A stretch of DNA of 64,000 bases from Alphaproteobacteria bacterium (lineage in GTDB: Bacteria > Pseudomonadota > Alphaproteobacteria > SP197), in the NCBI GenBank assembly GCA_965228895.1, contig OZ245842.1:1-64000 (forward strand), read 5' to 3'. Of the stretch, positions 37,004 to 46,213 are shown one piece after another (positions within the stretch are counted from its first letter, which is position 1; each line of letters opens with the position of its first letter). The position numbers were made by a program, and so were the translations under genes. Under the pieces are notes generated by a model, which was given only the letters and a program-made list of their open reading frames with translations, had not been told where the DNA came from and searched no databases.

Positions 37004-38566
37004 ATGGATCAACGACGTGCCGGCAACCTCGGCTACTTCAGTCACGAGGCTGCCCTGAAGTTTCCCGATAAGATTGCGATGATCGATCTGACCCGCGACG
37101 AACCGCGCGAGGTCACCTATCGCGAGCTGGAGGAACGGCTCGACCGGTTCGCATCGCTGACGCAGACCATGGGTCTAAAGCCAGGCGACCGGCTTGCCAT
37201 GTGCGTCGGCAACCGGTTCGAGTTCATCGAGATCATGTATGGCGCCATGCGCGCCGGCGTCGTGCCGGTGACGCTCAACACCAAGCTCGGTGCCGACGTT
37301 CTCGAGTTTACGGTCAAGGACAGCGATGCCGTCGCGGCAATCGTCGAGCCCCGGTCAAACCGCTTTGTCGTCGACGTTGTTGAGCAAGCGGGCCTGAAGC
37401 CGCTGATCGCCTTCGATCCCGTACCCGCCGGTTGGCAGCCATACGAAGATTTGTTGATGGCCGAACCGGCGTCCTTCGAACCGCCGGACTTGTCCGGCGA
37501 TCACCCGTCGTTCCAGCCCTACACATCCGGCTCGACAGGCCGGCCCAAGGGCGTGGTGTTGACCCATGCGGGCCAGCTCTGGGGCATCCACGTGTTCCAG
37601 AAGTTCTGGCCGGAGAAGATCGACAACCGGGCGCTCGCCGCGGTGCCGATGTATCACAAGAACGCCATGGCCGGCGCCTTCAAGCCGCTGCTGCATGTCG
37701 GCGGATCCGTCGTCATCCTGGAGAACTTCGAACCCAAACGGTTCCTGAAGGCGCTCAGCGACTACCGCTGCACGAACACAGGCGGCGTGCCCGCCGTCTA
37801 TACATCCCTGCTTCAGGAAAAGGACCTTATCGCCAGCCTGGACTGGTCGGCGCTCAAAGGTCTCTCGGTCGGCTCGGCGCCGGTGCCGCCGGAGCTGTTG
37901 CACCAGATCGAATCAGCGTTCGGCGTGCGTTGCATTGAGACCTATGGCCTGACCGAAGGCGGTCCGGTGCCGATTGCCGCGCCCGCCGACGGATCACCCA
38001 TGCCGCCGGGCAGTTGCGGCAAGGTATTGCCGGAAGGCGAGGTCAAGCTGGTCGGCGCCGACGGCAAGGACGACGAGAACTACGGCGAACTCTGGGTCAA
38101 GAACCCCGGCGTCACGCCCGGCTACTACAAGCGCCCGGACGTGAACGCCGACAAGATCGTCGACGGCTGGCTCAAGACCGGCGATCTGTTCCGCAAGGAT
38201 GACGACGGGTTCTATTTCTTCATGGGGCGCACCGACGATATGTTCAATTGCGGCGGCGAGAACATCTATCCCAAGGAAGTCGAGAACCTGCTGCTGGCCC
38301 ATCCGGAGATCACCGAGGCATCCGTCGTGCCGCTGACCCACAAGGTCAAGGGCGAGGCGCCGGTCGCTTTCGTGACGGTAACGCCCGACAGCCAACTCGA
38401 TGAACAGGCGATCAAGACCTATTGCCTGAAGAACGGCCCCGCCTATGCCCATCCCCGCCACGTCGCCGTGGTCGACGAAATGCCGTTGAACGGACCTGGA
38501 AAGATCGACCGGCTGGTCGTGCAGAAACAGGCGCGCGAGACATTCGGTGAGGTCATCGGCGGCTGA
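37004..38566 (+). CDS. AMP-binding acyl-CoA synthetase (class I adenylate-forming enzyme)
   Basis: YTSGSTGRPKG, YGLTE, TGD, GR.DDM..GGENIYP.EVE, GKI. Confidence 0.93.
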   Translation: MDQRRAGNLGYFSHEAALKFPDKIAMIDLTRDEPREVTYRELEERLDRFASLTQTMGLKPGDRLAMCVGNRFEFIEIMYGAMRAGVVPVTLNTKLGADVLEFTVKDSDAVAAIVEPRSNRFVVDVVEQAGLKPLIAFDPVPAGWQPYEDLLMAEPASFEPPDLSGDHPSFQPYTSGSTGRPKGVVLTHAGQLWGIHVFQKFWPEKIDNRALAAVPMYHKNAMAGAFKPLLHVGGSVVILENFEPKRFLKALSDYRCTNTGGVPAVYTSLLQEKDLIASLDWSALKGLSVGSAPVPPELLHQIESAFGVRCIETYGLTEGGPVPIAAPADGSPMPPGSCGKVLPEGEVKLVGADGKDDENYGELWVKNPGVTPGYYKRPDVNADKIVDGWLKTGDLFRKDDDGFYFFMGRTDDMFNCGGENIYPKEVENLLLAHPEITEASVVPLTHKVKGEAPVAFVTVTPDSQLDEQAIKTYCLKNGPAYAHPRHVAVVDEMPLNGPGKIDRLVVQKQARETFGEVIGG

Positions 38567-39408
38567 TGCCTCTACCCTGGCTTGATCACGTCGCTGTCGC
38601 GACCGACGATCTGGATCGTGCCGCCGCGGCCTACCGCCGTCTTGGATTCAAGCTGACATCGCGCTCAAGCCACAGCGGCGATGACGGACCGTGGGGCACC
38701 GGCAACCACTGTGCGATGTTTCGCGACGGCTATTTCGAGCTGATCGGTATCACCGATCCCACGCTCTATCACGATCATCTGAAGGCTGCGCTCGCACGCT
38801 ATACCGGCCTTCATCTGGTGGCGCTGGGCACCGATGACAGCGAGCGTGCGTATCGCGAGACGGTGTCGCGCGGCGCAATGATCGACGAGCCTTATGCGAT
38901 CGCGCGCCAAGTACCGTTTGGCGCCAGCACGCGGGAGGGCCGGTTTCGCATCACGCAAGTCGATCCCACCTGGTTTACCGAAGCCGATTTCTTCTATTGC
39001 CAGCACGACACGCCGGATGTCCTGTGGCAGCCCGACCTGCTTGATCACCCTAACGGCGCCACGGGGCTGGCAGGTGTCACCCTTGCCTGCGCCGACCCCG
39101 AGGAGACGGCGCAGCGCATCGCAGCCGTCTCCGGGGTAACAGGCACGACAAGTCATGACGGCTATCGTTTTGTGCTGTCGCGCGGCGTGATCGATGTCGT
39201 GTCCGCTGAAGGAGTCAGGTCGGCGTTCGCGGGGATCACGCCACCGGTCTTGCCGTGGGTGGCGGCGGTGACGTTCACCGTGGCGGACCTGCAACGAAGT
39301 CGCGATTTGTTCGTAAAGGCGGGGATAGACGTTGTCGAGACGGACGATGGCCGTCAGTGGATCGGCCTTGACGATGCCGATGGCGCTATCCTGGTTTTCC
39401 AGGCCTAA
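38566..39408 (+). CDS. VOC (glyoxalase_3) family protein
   Basis: LDHVAV..DLD.A..YRRLGF, GTGN, YFEL, HPNGA; TGATG overlap with the upstream stop. Confidence 0.88.
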   Translation: MPLPWLDHVAVATDDLDRAAAAYRRLGFKLTSRSSHSGDDGPWGTGNHCAMFRDGYFELIGITDPTLYHDHLKAALARYTGLHLVALGTDDSERAYRETVSRGAMIDEPYAIARQVPFGASTREGRFRITQVDPTWFTEADFFYCQHDTPDVLWQPDLLDHPNGATGLAGVTLACADPEETAQRIAAVSGVTGTTSHDGYRFVLSRGVIDVVSAEGVRSAFAGITPPVLPWVAAVTFTVADLQRSRDLFVKAGIDVVETDDGRQWIGLDDADGAILVFQA

Positions 39409-39417
39409 CGGTTGCGA

Positions 39418-39840
39418 TTAGCCTGCGGCTGTCGCATAGGTGCCGCGCCCGACCGCGCAGAGGCGGCCCCTGGCATCGGTTACCTCAATGTCGGCGACAC
39501 CAATGGTGCGGCCGGCCTTGACCGTGCGCGCGACGATCGTCAGGTCGCCGTCGCCGGCCATGCGCAGGAAGTCGACGCGCAGGTCGATTGTCGGAAAACC
39601 CAGCTTGTCGGTCTTAATGGCGAGCGCGAAGTCGCCGGCGATGTCGATCACGCTGGCGAGGACACCGCCGTGATAGCCTTCTTCGTGCGCGGTGCGCTTG
39701 TAGCCCTGCTTGAACGGCAGACGAAACGTGACCTCGCCCTTGGCGACGTCCCAGGTGTCGAGCTCCATGGCGAGAAACTCATTGAACGGCCCGCGCTGCC
39801 AGCCGCGCCATAACCTCTCCACATCGATCTTGCCGGTCAT
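39418..39840 (-). CDS. PaaI family hotdog thioesterase
   Basis: HGGVLASVID, TIDLRVDFLR, GRT. Confidence 0.9.
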   Translation of the reverse strand: MTGKIDVERLWRGWQRGPFNEFLAMELDTWDVAKGEVTFRLPFKQGYKRTAHEEGYHGGVLASVIDIAGDFALAIKTDKLGFPTIDLRVDFLRMAGDGDLTIVARTVKAGRTIGVADIEVTDARGRLCAVGRGTYATAAG

Positions 39841-40814
39841 GGGTTCAGCACCACCTTGCCGAAGACCTCGCGCGATTCCAGTTTGGTTTCGGCAGCCTGG
39901 ATCTCGCTCAACGGGAAGATGGAGTCGATCACCGGTTCGATCTCACCCGATGCGACCTTGTTCAAGAGCCAGATAATGCCCTCATCGGTCCAGCCGTTGG
40001 CGCCGAGGATGCGCAGCTCGCGGGTCCAGATATAGCGGATGTCGGTTGCCGGATCGAAGCCGGCCGAAGCGCCGCATGTCACCACGCGCCCGTCCTGGGC
40101 CATGGCGCGCAGCGCCGGGACCCAGGTCCGCCCACCGATATAGTTGACGCAGACATTGACCCCCTTTTTGCCGGAGATCGTCCAGGCCTCTCTGCTGAAG
40201 TCCACCTCGGCCGTGTTGATCACATGGTCGGCGCCGAGCGCGGTGAGTTTTTCGAGATTGTCTTTCGACGACGATGTGCAGATGGTGCGGGCGCCGATCG
40301 CCTTGGCGATCTGCAGGCAGCCGGTGCCGACGCCGCCGGCCGCGCCCAGGATCAAGACCAATTCGCCTTCTTTGACGTGGGCGCGGTCGAACATGATGCG
40401 GTGCGCTGTCCCATAGCCGACCGGCAGCGCGGCCGCCTGTTCGAACGTGACGTCATCGGGTAACGCAATAACCTGGGAGTCCGGTGCTTTGGCGAGTTCG
40501 GCCAGACCGCCCTGGCAATCCTCGCCCATCATGCCGTCGCGCCCGAACGGATTGAAGACGATGCGGTCGCCGGGCTTGCAGCGGGTGACGTCGTCGCCGA
40601 CCGCTTCGACGACGCCGGCCAGGTCGCCACCGGAGATAAACGGGGTCTCGATGGGAAAACCCGGCATGCCGCGGCGCACTTCCAGGTCAAGGTAGTTGAG
40701 GGCACAGGCCTTGACCCGCATCAGCACCTCGTCGGCGCCGACCTCAGGGTCCGGCCAGTCGCGGTAGTTGAGGTTCTCGACCGATCCCTGCTCTTCGATG
40801 ACGGCTGCCTTCAC
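39837..40814 (-). CDS. MDR superfamily (quinone oxidoreductase-like) NAD(P)H oxidoreductase
   Basis: ALNYLD, G.D.AG.V, GAAGGVG, FGKVVL; lacks the ADH structural Zn cysteine cluster. Confidence 0.9.
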   Translation of the reverse strand: MKAAVIEEQGSVENLNYRDWPDPEVGADEVLMRVKACALNYLDLEVRRGMPGFPIETPFISGGDLAGVVEAVGDDVTRCKPGDRIVFNPFGRDGMMGEDCQGGLAELAKAPDSQVIALPDDVTFEQAAALPVGYGTAHRIMFDRAHVKEGELVLILGAAGGVGTGCLQIAKAIGARTICTSSSKDNLEKLTALGADHVINTAEVDFSREAWTISGKKGVNVCVNYIGGRTWVPALRAMAQDGRVVTCGASAGFDPATDIRYIWTRELRILGANGWTDEGIIWLLNKVASGEIEPVIDSIFPLSEIQAAETKLESREVFGKVVLNP

Positions 40815-40826
40815 GGGTACCTACTC

Positions 40827-41327
40827 CTAAACCGGTTTGTCGGGCAGCGCGTGCCATTCGTCCCAGCCGATGTCGCGGCCGGGATAGGCGACGCTCTTGA
40901 ACGGCCAGGACGTGGCGACCCAGTCTTTGCCCCATTGGAAGAGCTCGCTATCGAATCCCCGTGCTGCCGCGCTGGCGCGTACCCAGGTGCTGAGCTGGGC
41001 TTCGTAGCCTTGCTTCAGACAGGGAAAGACATAGAGGCTGCCGAGTTCTTCGGACTCGTCGAGCGCGTGAACGCCATAGGAGCATGAGCTTCTCAGATTG
41101 AACTCCATGGTGCACCAGCAGACATCGATCAGCGCGTCCTCAATCGTGGTGCCTTCCGGCCAGGTTTCGCCGGGGCCGAACGTGCCCTTCAGATGATCGA
41201 CGCTCGACATATAGGCATCGAAATCCTTGGCCAGATCGGCGGGGCCCAGAATGCGCAGGCGAAACCTGTCGGCTTCGACAGTCTCGGGCGGGTCAAAGTC
41301 GTCGGGCAGCCAGATGCGGTGTTTCAT
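40827..41327 (-). CDS. GNAT-like (RimJ/RimL-type) protein
   Basis: LRIL...DFDAYMSS..HL, WVRAS, WPF..VAYPGR; family recognised by overall pattern only. Confidence 0.6.
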   Translation of the reverse strand: MKHRIWLPDDFDPPETVEADRFRLRILGPADLAKDFDAYMSSVDHLKGTFGPGETWPEGTTIEDALIDVCWCTMEFNLRSSCSYGVHALDESEELGSLYVFPCLKQGYEAQLSTWVRASAAARGFDSELFQWGKDWVATSWPFKSVAYPGRDIGWDEWHALPDKPV

Positions 41328-41384
41328 GATGCCTTGTGGTTTACGCGTGGCAGGGCCGCACTGTTACGCGAAATGGGGTCGGTA

Positions 41385-41420
41385 ACAAGATGGGGCGCGG
41401 AACCTATGGCCCGCGCCCCC
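41385..41420 (-). terminator. Probable terminator after the polyamine SBP
   Basis: GGGGCGCGG-N10-CCGCGCCCC followed by ATCTTGTT on the minus strand. Confidence 0.55.
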
Positions 41421-41442
41421 AGTGGTTCGGACTGACCGTTCT

Positions 41443-42573
41443 CTAGAAACCGGCTTTGATTTCCTCAAACAGCTCGGTGTAACGCTCTTCGACTTGCGGA
41501 TCGGACGGTTCGAAAAAGATGCCGATTTCAAACAGCGATTCCGGGCTGGTCCAGCCCAGTTCTTCCAGCAACTGTTGATCGGCGATCTCGAACGCCTTGG
41601 CGTTGGAGTGACCGTAGTAGTAGTTCTCGATCAGCCACTTGCCGGACTCGGCATCGAGCCAGGCATCGATCAGCTCGTGCTGCAGGTCGACGTCGCCTTC
41701 GCCGCCGGCAATACGCACCATGCCGCACATCCATGTCCAGATGCCTTCCTTCGGGTTGGCATAGGCGACGGGAACGCCCTGGTCTTTGAGGTTTTTCAGC
41801 GCGGCGTTCCAGGCATAGGCGACCACGACCTCACCGGACGCGATGGCCTGTTCGGCTTCCGACTGATCGTCCCAATAGAAGCGCACGAGCTCGCGCTGCT
41901 TGCGTAAGAGGTCGGCAATCGGTCCTTCGAGCTCTTCTTGCGACGGTGCGAACATGTCGAACCCCAGGATCTGGGCTGCCGCCCAGGCGTTGGCCGATCC
42001 GTTGCGCGCACCGATGCGGCCCTTGTAGCGCTCGTCGAACAGCATCTCCCAGGACTCCTCGCCTTCGTAGAGGTCTGTCCGGTAGATGATCGAGCTGTTG
42101 CCCCAATCCATCGGCACAAAATAGACGTCGCCGTCATAGCTGATGCCGCGGGTGTCGCGCATGCGTTGGAAGACGTTGTCCCAGTTGTTGATCTTCGAGG
42201 TATCGATCGGCTGCACAATGCCCGCATCGGTCCAGCGATCCATGTCTTCGACGCACGGATGGGCGACATCCGGGGTAAAGCCGGCCCGCATCTTCTGCAG
42301 GCCTTCCTCGGAGCCGGCAAAGATCGAGTAAGCGGGTTCGCCATGGGCCGTGACATAGGTCTGGAACAGCTCCGGGATATCGTAGCCCGACCAGGTGAAA
42401 TAGGTGATTTCGCTGCCGCGTCCGTCATTGGCGCGCGCGCTTTGCCCCATCGGCAGTGAGACTGTCGCCAGGCCGGCTGCGGCAAAGGCCGTGTTTATCT
42501 CGCGCCGCGAGACCTCGCCGCGCAAGAGGCGTTTATGAAACCTGTCGACATCGAACTTGCGTTTAACGTGCAT
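41443..42573 (-). CDS. ABC substrate-binding protein, PotD/PotF (polyamine)-like
   Basis: TWSGY, P.DWG, PKEG..W; twin-Arg-like SRRE leader; GGAGG RBS. Confidence 0.88.
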   Translation of the reverse strand: MHVKRKFDVDRFHKRLLRGEVSRREINTAFAAAGLATVSLPMGQSARANDGRGSEITYFTWSGYDIPELFQTYVTAHGEPAYSIFAGSEEGLQKMRAGFTPDVAHPCVEDMDRWTDAGIVQPIDTSKINNWDNVFQRMRDTRGISYDGDVYFVPMDWGNSSIIYRTDLYEGEESWEMLFDERYKGRIGARNGSANAWAAAQILGFDMFAPSQEELEGPIADLLRKQRELVRFYWDDQSEAEQAIASGEVVVAYAWNAALKNLKDQGVPVAYANPKEGIWTWMCGMVRIAGGEGDVDLQHELIDAWLDAESGKWLIENYYYGHSNAKAFEIADQQLLEELGWTSPESLFEIGIFFEPSDPQVEERYTELFEEIKAGF

Positions 42574-42703
42574 CCTCCGGGTCCTCCCTGGCGTCATGCG
42601 CCTATTGGATTGGCGGCCGTCAGCAGTCGACTGACAGCCATCAACCAGAGGTTACGCTTGACGGGGGTCTATCGACAAGACGAAGTGCCCGCGTTGATTG
42701 TAT

Positions 42704-43879
42704 CTAGAGCCGGTCCAGGACCCCCTCGGCCATGGCAATGACCTCCGGCAAATAGGTCTCATCGCTGGCGTGGCTGGTCTCCAGAACGCTGAAGAAAGCG
42801 AACACGGCCTCCTTGTCCGGGTCGGCCATAAGGTATTGCCCGCCATAGCCGCCGTGGCCGATGAACGTACCGTTCGTATAGACCTGATTGCGGTAGCGCT
42901 GGCCTTCGCGCGGACCGGCGAGCCAGGTGCCGCCTGCTTGTCGCGTGGACTCAATGAAGGCGCTGTCGCCGACCGGCTCGCCGTGAACGCCCAGACCACC
43001 GCGTGCGAAAACGAGCCCGTAGCGCGCGAGATCGCGCAATGTCAGGGAGCCGCCGCCGCTCAGAACCGGTACGAAGTCACAATCCAGTGACATGTGAAAG
43101 GCGCGCTCCAGACCCGCGCCGTTGGCGATGTCGACGAGGTAGGACTTGAGGTCGCGGCCACTCACAACTTCGGCAATCCAGGCGGCGACGTCGGAGTTGG
43201 TCGACTTGTAATGGGTGATGTTATCGGGATTGGTTGTGCCGTCGTCGACCAGCTTGCAAACGAAGTCGCGCAGGCTCTGTTCGGGTTCGCCCGGCGGCGG
43301 CAGGCGCCAGCCAAGCGTGATCTCCTCGCGGCCATAACCGATCCGTTCGCCCGGTCCCGGCGGTGGGTCATAGGGCGCGGTGTAGTCTTCGTCGAAATTG
43401 TTCATAACGTTCATGTCCAAAACCTGCTGGACCGTCGCGCCGCGATAGCCGCTGCCGATCTCTGGCAGGTAGGTTTCGACCTTGGCCTCCAGATCGACCA
43501 GACCCCCGGCGACCAGGCGTCCGAAGATCAGGTTCAAGGTCGTCTTGGATATCGACTGAATGCTGTGCGGCGTGTCCGGGCCAAAGTCCCGGGCATAGCG
43601 TTCGAACAGGATGTCTCGCCCTTGCACCACGATCATGGCGTCGAACATGGATGTCGTGGTCAACCGCCTGACCTCCGGCATGTCGCCGATGTGCCGGTCG
43701 ATACGCTTTTGCAACGGCAGCACGTGGCTGGACCGCACACTGAACCCGTAGCGGTTCAGCCAGTGGATGTTGCGAAAGCCCCAGCGCCGGACTTCCGGCT
43801 GGTTCCACGCGTTCAGATTGTTATCGCCGACGACCAGATGAGGATTTGGGATGAGATGGGAGGAGATGTCCATCGCCAT
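42704..43879 (-). CDS. Serine hydrolase, beta-lactamase fold (6-aminohexanoate-dimer hydrolase NylB-like)
   Basis: HSIQSISK (SxxK), YLPE..SGY.GATVQQVLDM, YKSTN, GYGGQ. Confidence 0.85.
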   Translation of the reverse strand: MAMDISSHLIPNPHLVVGDNNLNAWNQPEVRRWGFRNIHWLNRYGFSVRSSHVLPLQKRIDRHIGDMPEVRRLTTTSMFDAMIVVQGRDILFERYARDFGPDTPHSIQSISKTTLNLIFGRLVAGGLVDLEAKVETYLPEIGSGYRGATVQQVLDMNVMNNFDEDYTAPYDPPPGPGERIGYGREEITLGWRLPPPGEPEQSLRDFVCKLVDDGTTNPDNITHYKSTNSDVAAWIAEVVSGRDLKSYLVDIANGAGLERAFHMSLDCDFVPVLSGGGSLTLRDLARYGLVFARGGLGVHGEPVGDSAFIESTRQAGGTWLAGPREGQRYRNQVYTNGTFIGHGGYGGQYLMADPDKEAVFAFFSVLETSHASDETYLPEVIAMAEGVLDRL

Positions 43880-43955
43880 GATTTCCGACTCGCCAATTGG
43901 GTTAGTGGTTGTGGGCTAGCGGTGGTTTAGCAGGTGAATGCGCTATTGCCCGGCC

Positions 43956-43990
43956 AAAAAAAGAGGCGCGGCGATCGCTCGCCGCGCCCC
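43956..43990 (-). terminator. Rho-independent terminator
   Basis: Minus strand GGCGCGGCGA-GCGA-TCGCCGCGCC followed by TCTTTTTTT. Confidence 0.85.
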
Positions 43991-44013
43991 TGACGGATGC
44001 CCTCTTGATAAAA

Positions 44014-45138
44014 CTAGAGGCCGACCTGGATATCCTCCCAAAGCTGAAGCTGCTTGGCGTCCTGCTCAGGATCGGGCGTGATAAAGAAGGTCGTGCCCGC
44101 CATCAACGCCTCGGGGTCGTCGTAACCGAGTGCGATGACAACCTCAGGATCGGCCAGTTTAAACGAGTTCTGGTTGCCGTGGCCGTAGCCATAGGCCTCG
44201 ATCAGGAACTTGCCGGCCTCCGGCGCAAGCCAGGCGTCGATGAAGTCGTAGGCCATCTGATCGTCGCCTTCGCCGCTACTCATACGCACCAGGCCACAGG
44301 CCCAGCCGAACGCGCCTTCCTTGGGCGCTGCAAAAGCAACAGGGATACCTTCCTCGGTCAGGTTGACCAAGGCCTCGTTCCAGGCGTAACCGGCGACGCA
44401 TTCGCCGCTGGCAATGGCCTGTTCCATGTCGGTCTGGCTCTCCCAGTAGAAGCGCACCAGCGGACGCTGTGCACGTGCCATGTCGCCGGCCTCGGCCAAC
44501 TGTTCGTCGGTCGGATTGAAAACGTCATAGCCCAGGATCTTGAGCGCGATGGAGAGGTTGACATAGGTGCCGCGTGCACAGATGCGGCCGGCATACCGTT
44601 CGTCGAACAGCATGTTCCAGGTCTCTTCGCCCTCGTAGATGTCGGTGCGGTAGATGATCGACGACAGGCCGAAATCGGTGATGACCATATAGAGGTCACC
44701 GTCGATCGCCGCGCCGTTCATGGTCTGCAGGGACGGGAATACATCCGGCCAGTACTGCAGCCGTGACGTGTCGATCGGCGACAGAATGCCGGCATTGTGC
44801 CACTTCTGCACGTTGTCAATGCAGGGATGCGACAGGTCCGGTGAGAAACCGGCGCGGATCTTCTGCAAGCCGTCTTCGGCGGAGGCGAAAACTGACCAGT
44901 TCGGTGATTCGCCGTACTCATCAATGAACTCTTGATGCAGTTCCGGTACTTCATAGCCGGACCAGGTGAAGTAGTTGATCATGTCGCCGGGGGCAGCTTG
45001 GGCGCCGGTCGTCATGGAGTTCGTCACCGGAACGATGCCGGCCGCCGCTGCGGCGCCCATGAAGGTCCGGCGGTTGATACGGCCGTGGATCAGGTCGTTC
45101 TGAAGCTTCTCCACATTGGGTTTGCGAAGGAAATGCAT
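44014..45138 (-). CDS. ABC substrate-binding protein, PotD/PotF-like, Tat-exported
   Basis: INRRTFM Tat motif, TWSGY, PKEG; paralogous to 41443-42573; GGAGAG RBS. Confidence 0.88.
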   Translation of the reverse strand: MHFLRKPNVEKLQNDLIHGRINRRTFMGAAAAAGIVPVTNSMTTGAQAAPGDMINYFTWSGYEVPELHQEFIDEYGESPNWSVFASAEDGLQKIRAGFSPDLSHPCIDNVQKWHNAGILSPIDTSRLQYWPDVFPSLQTMNGAAIDGDLYMVITDFGLSSIIYRTDIYEGEETWNMLFDERYAGRICARGTYVNLSIALKILGYDVFNPTDEQLAEAGDMARAQRPLVRFYWESQTDMEQAIASGECVAGYAWNEALVNLTEEGIPVAFAAPKEGAFGWACGLVRMSSGEGDDQMAYDFIDAWLAPEAGKFLIEAYGYGHGNQNSFKLADPEVVIALGYDDPEALMAGTTFFITPDPEQDAKQLQLWEDIQVGL

Positions 45139-45378
45139 GAATGGCTCTCCAAGATCGTGTTTGCCTCGTTTGGGCCGATTGCCCTTGTTTTTTTGCCGTC
45201 TCATAAGTGGCGGCGGTGAGTGGACGACTCGGCGTAGCGACATCTTAGGACAGATTTTCGGCATGTCGTCAGGTCAAACCCGACAATTCTGACGAATCGT
45301 GGCAAGAATTAGCCGGACAGCATCAAAGACGCGTGTTCCCGGCCAGTTTGTGCGGTGTTTGGTTGATCGACCTAATCT

Positions 45379-45723
45379 TTAGGTTGAACCGCCGGCGCAC
45401 CGGACGCAGGCGGCGGCTGCCGGATCCAACTCAAGCCGTTTTGGCGCGATTTCTTCACCACAGGAAACACAATAGCCGTATTCGCCCGCTTCCAGCCGCG
45501 CCATCGCCTCGTCGATGCGGCGAAGCTCGGCCTTGCGCCGGCCCGCCTGGGCTTCGGCCATTGCCTGGACCTGCAGCGCGTCCATGCGCGACAGTCGGCC
45601 GACGCTCTGCTGATCCAGCTCGACCGGCGCCCGGTCGCCGGCCGTCGCCGCCTCATCGGCCAGCAATTCGGCGTGGCGGGCCTCCAGTTTCTGGCGCAGG
45701 CCATCGATTTTCATGTCATTCAT
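45379..45723 (-). CDS. TraR/DksA family C4 zinc-finger protein
   Basis: LDQQSVGRLSRMDA coiled coil, YGYCVSCGEEI..RL..P....CVRC. Confidence 0.9.
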   Translation of the reverse strand: MNDMKIDGLRQKLEARHAELLADEAATAGDRAPVELDQQSVGRLSRMDALQVQAMAEAQAGRRKAELRRIDEAMARLEAGEYGYCVSCGEEIAPKRLELDPAAAACVRCAGGST

Positions 45724-45804
45724 GACGCGGTATGATGCGCCGGATGCGGGTCCGGGGGCAAAGAGATTGCGGCGCGGCTCGCACACCACAGGAAGGGGAA
45801 TTGA

Positions 45805-46197
45805 ATGTCTGATCCATCGACCCAGTCCGGCGACAATCTGCCGACCAAGAAGCCCGATGACACGGGCATGCCGCTCATCATCTACATTCTCTATCTTGCC
45901 GCCTTTGTTGTCGGCATTACGGCGCTGATCGGCGTCATCATGGCCTATGTGCAGAAAGGAAATTCGTCGGCTTTCATCGAAAGCCACTATCAGTTTCAGA
46001 TCCGCACGTTTTGGATGTCACTTGTCGGTTGGATCATCGGCATAGCACTGACATTCGTCTTTATCGGTATCATCGTGCTTATCCTGGTTGCCATCTGGTA
46101 CATCATCCGATGCGTCAAGGGCATCATGTGGCTCCAGAACGGTGAAGCGGTGCCCGATCCAGAATCCTGGATGTTCGGAACGGCCAAATCGACATAG
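45805..46197 (+). CDS. Small membrane protein (DUF4870-like)
   Basis: IYILY..GVIMAY..SHY.FQIRTFW..RCVKG; three hydrophobic segments. Confidence 0.8.
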   Translation: MSDPSTQSGDNLPTKKPDDTGMPLIIYILYLAAFVVGITALIGVIMAYVQKGNSSAFIESHYQFQIRTFWMSLVGWIIGIALTFVFIGIIVLILVAIWYIIRCVKGIMWLQNGEAVPDPESWMFGTAKST

Positions 46198-46213
46198 GGC
46201 ACATTCACATTTC

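Noticed and set aside
42704-42710. CTAGAGC at the end of the NylB-like gene as another element copy
   Set aside because: It reads into the coding sequence and has no stem or GTGAATC partner.
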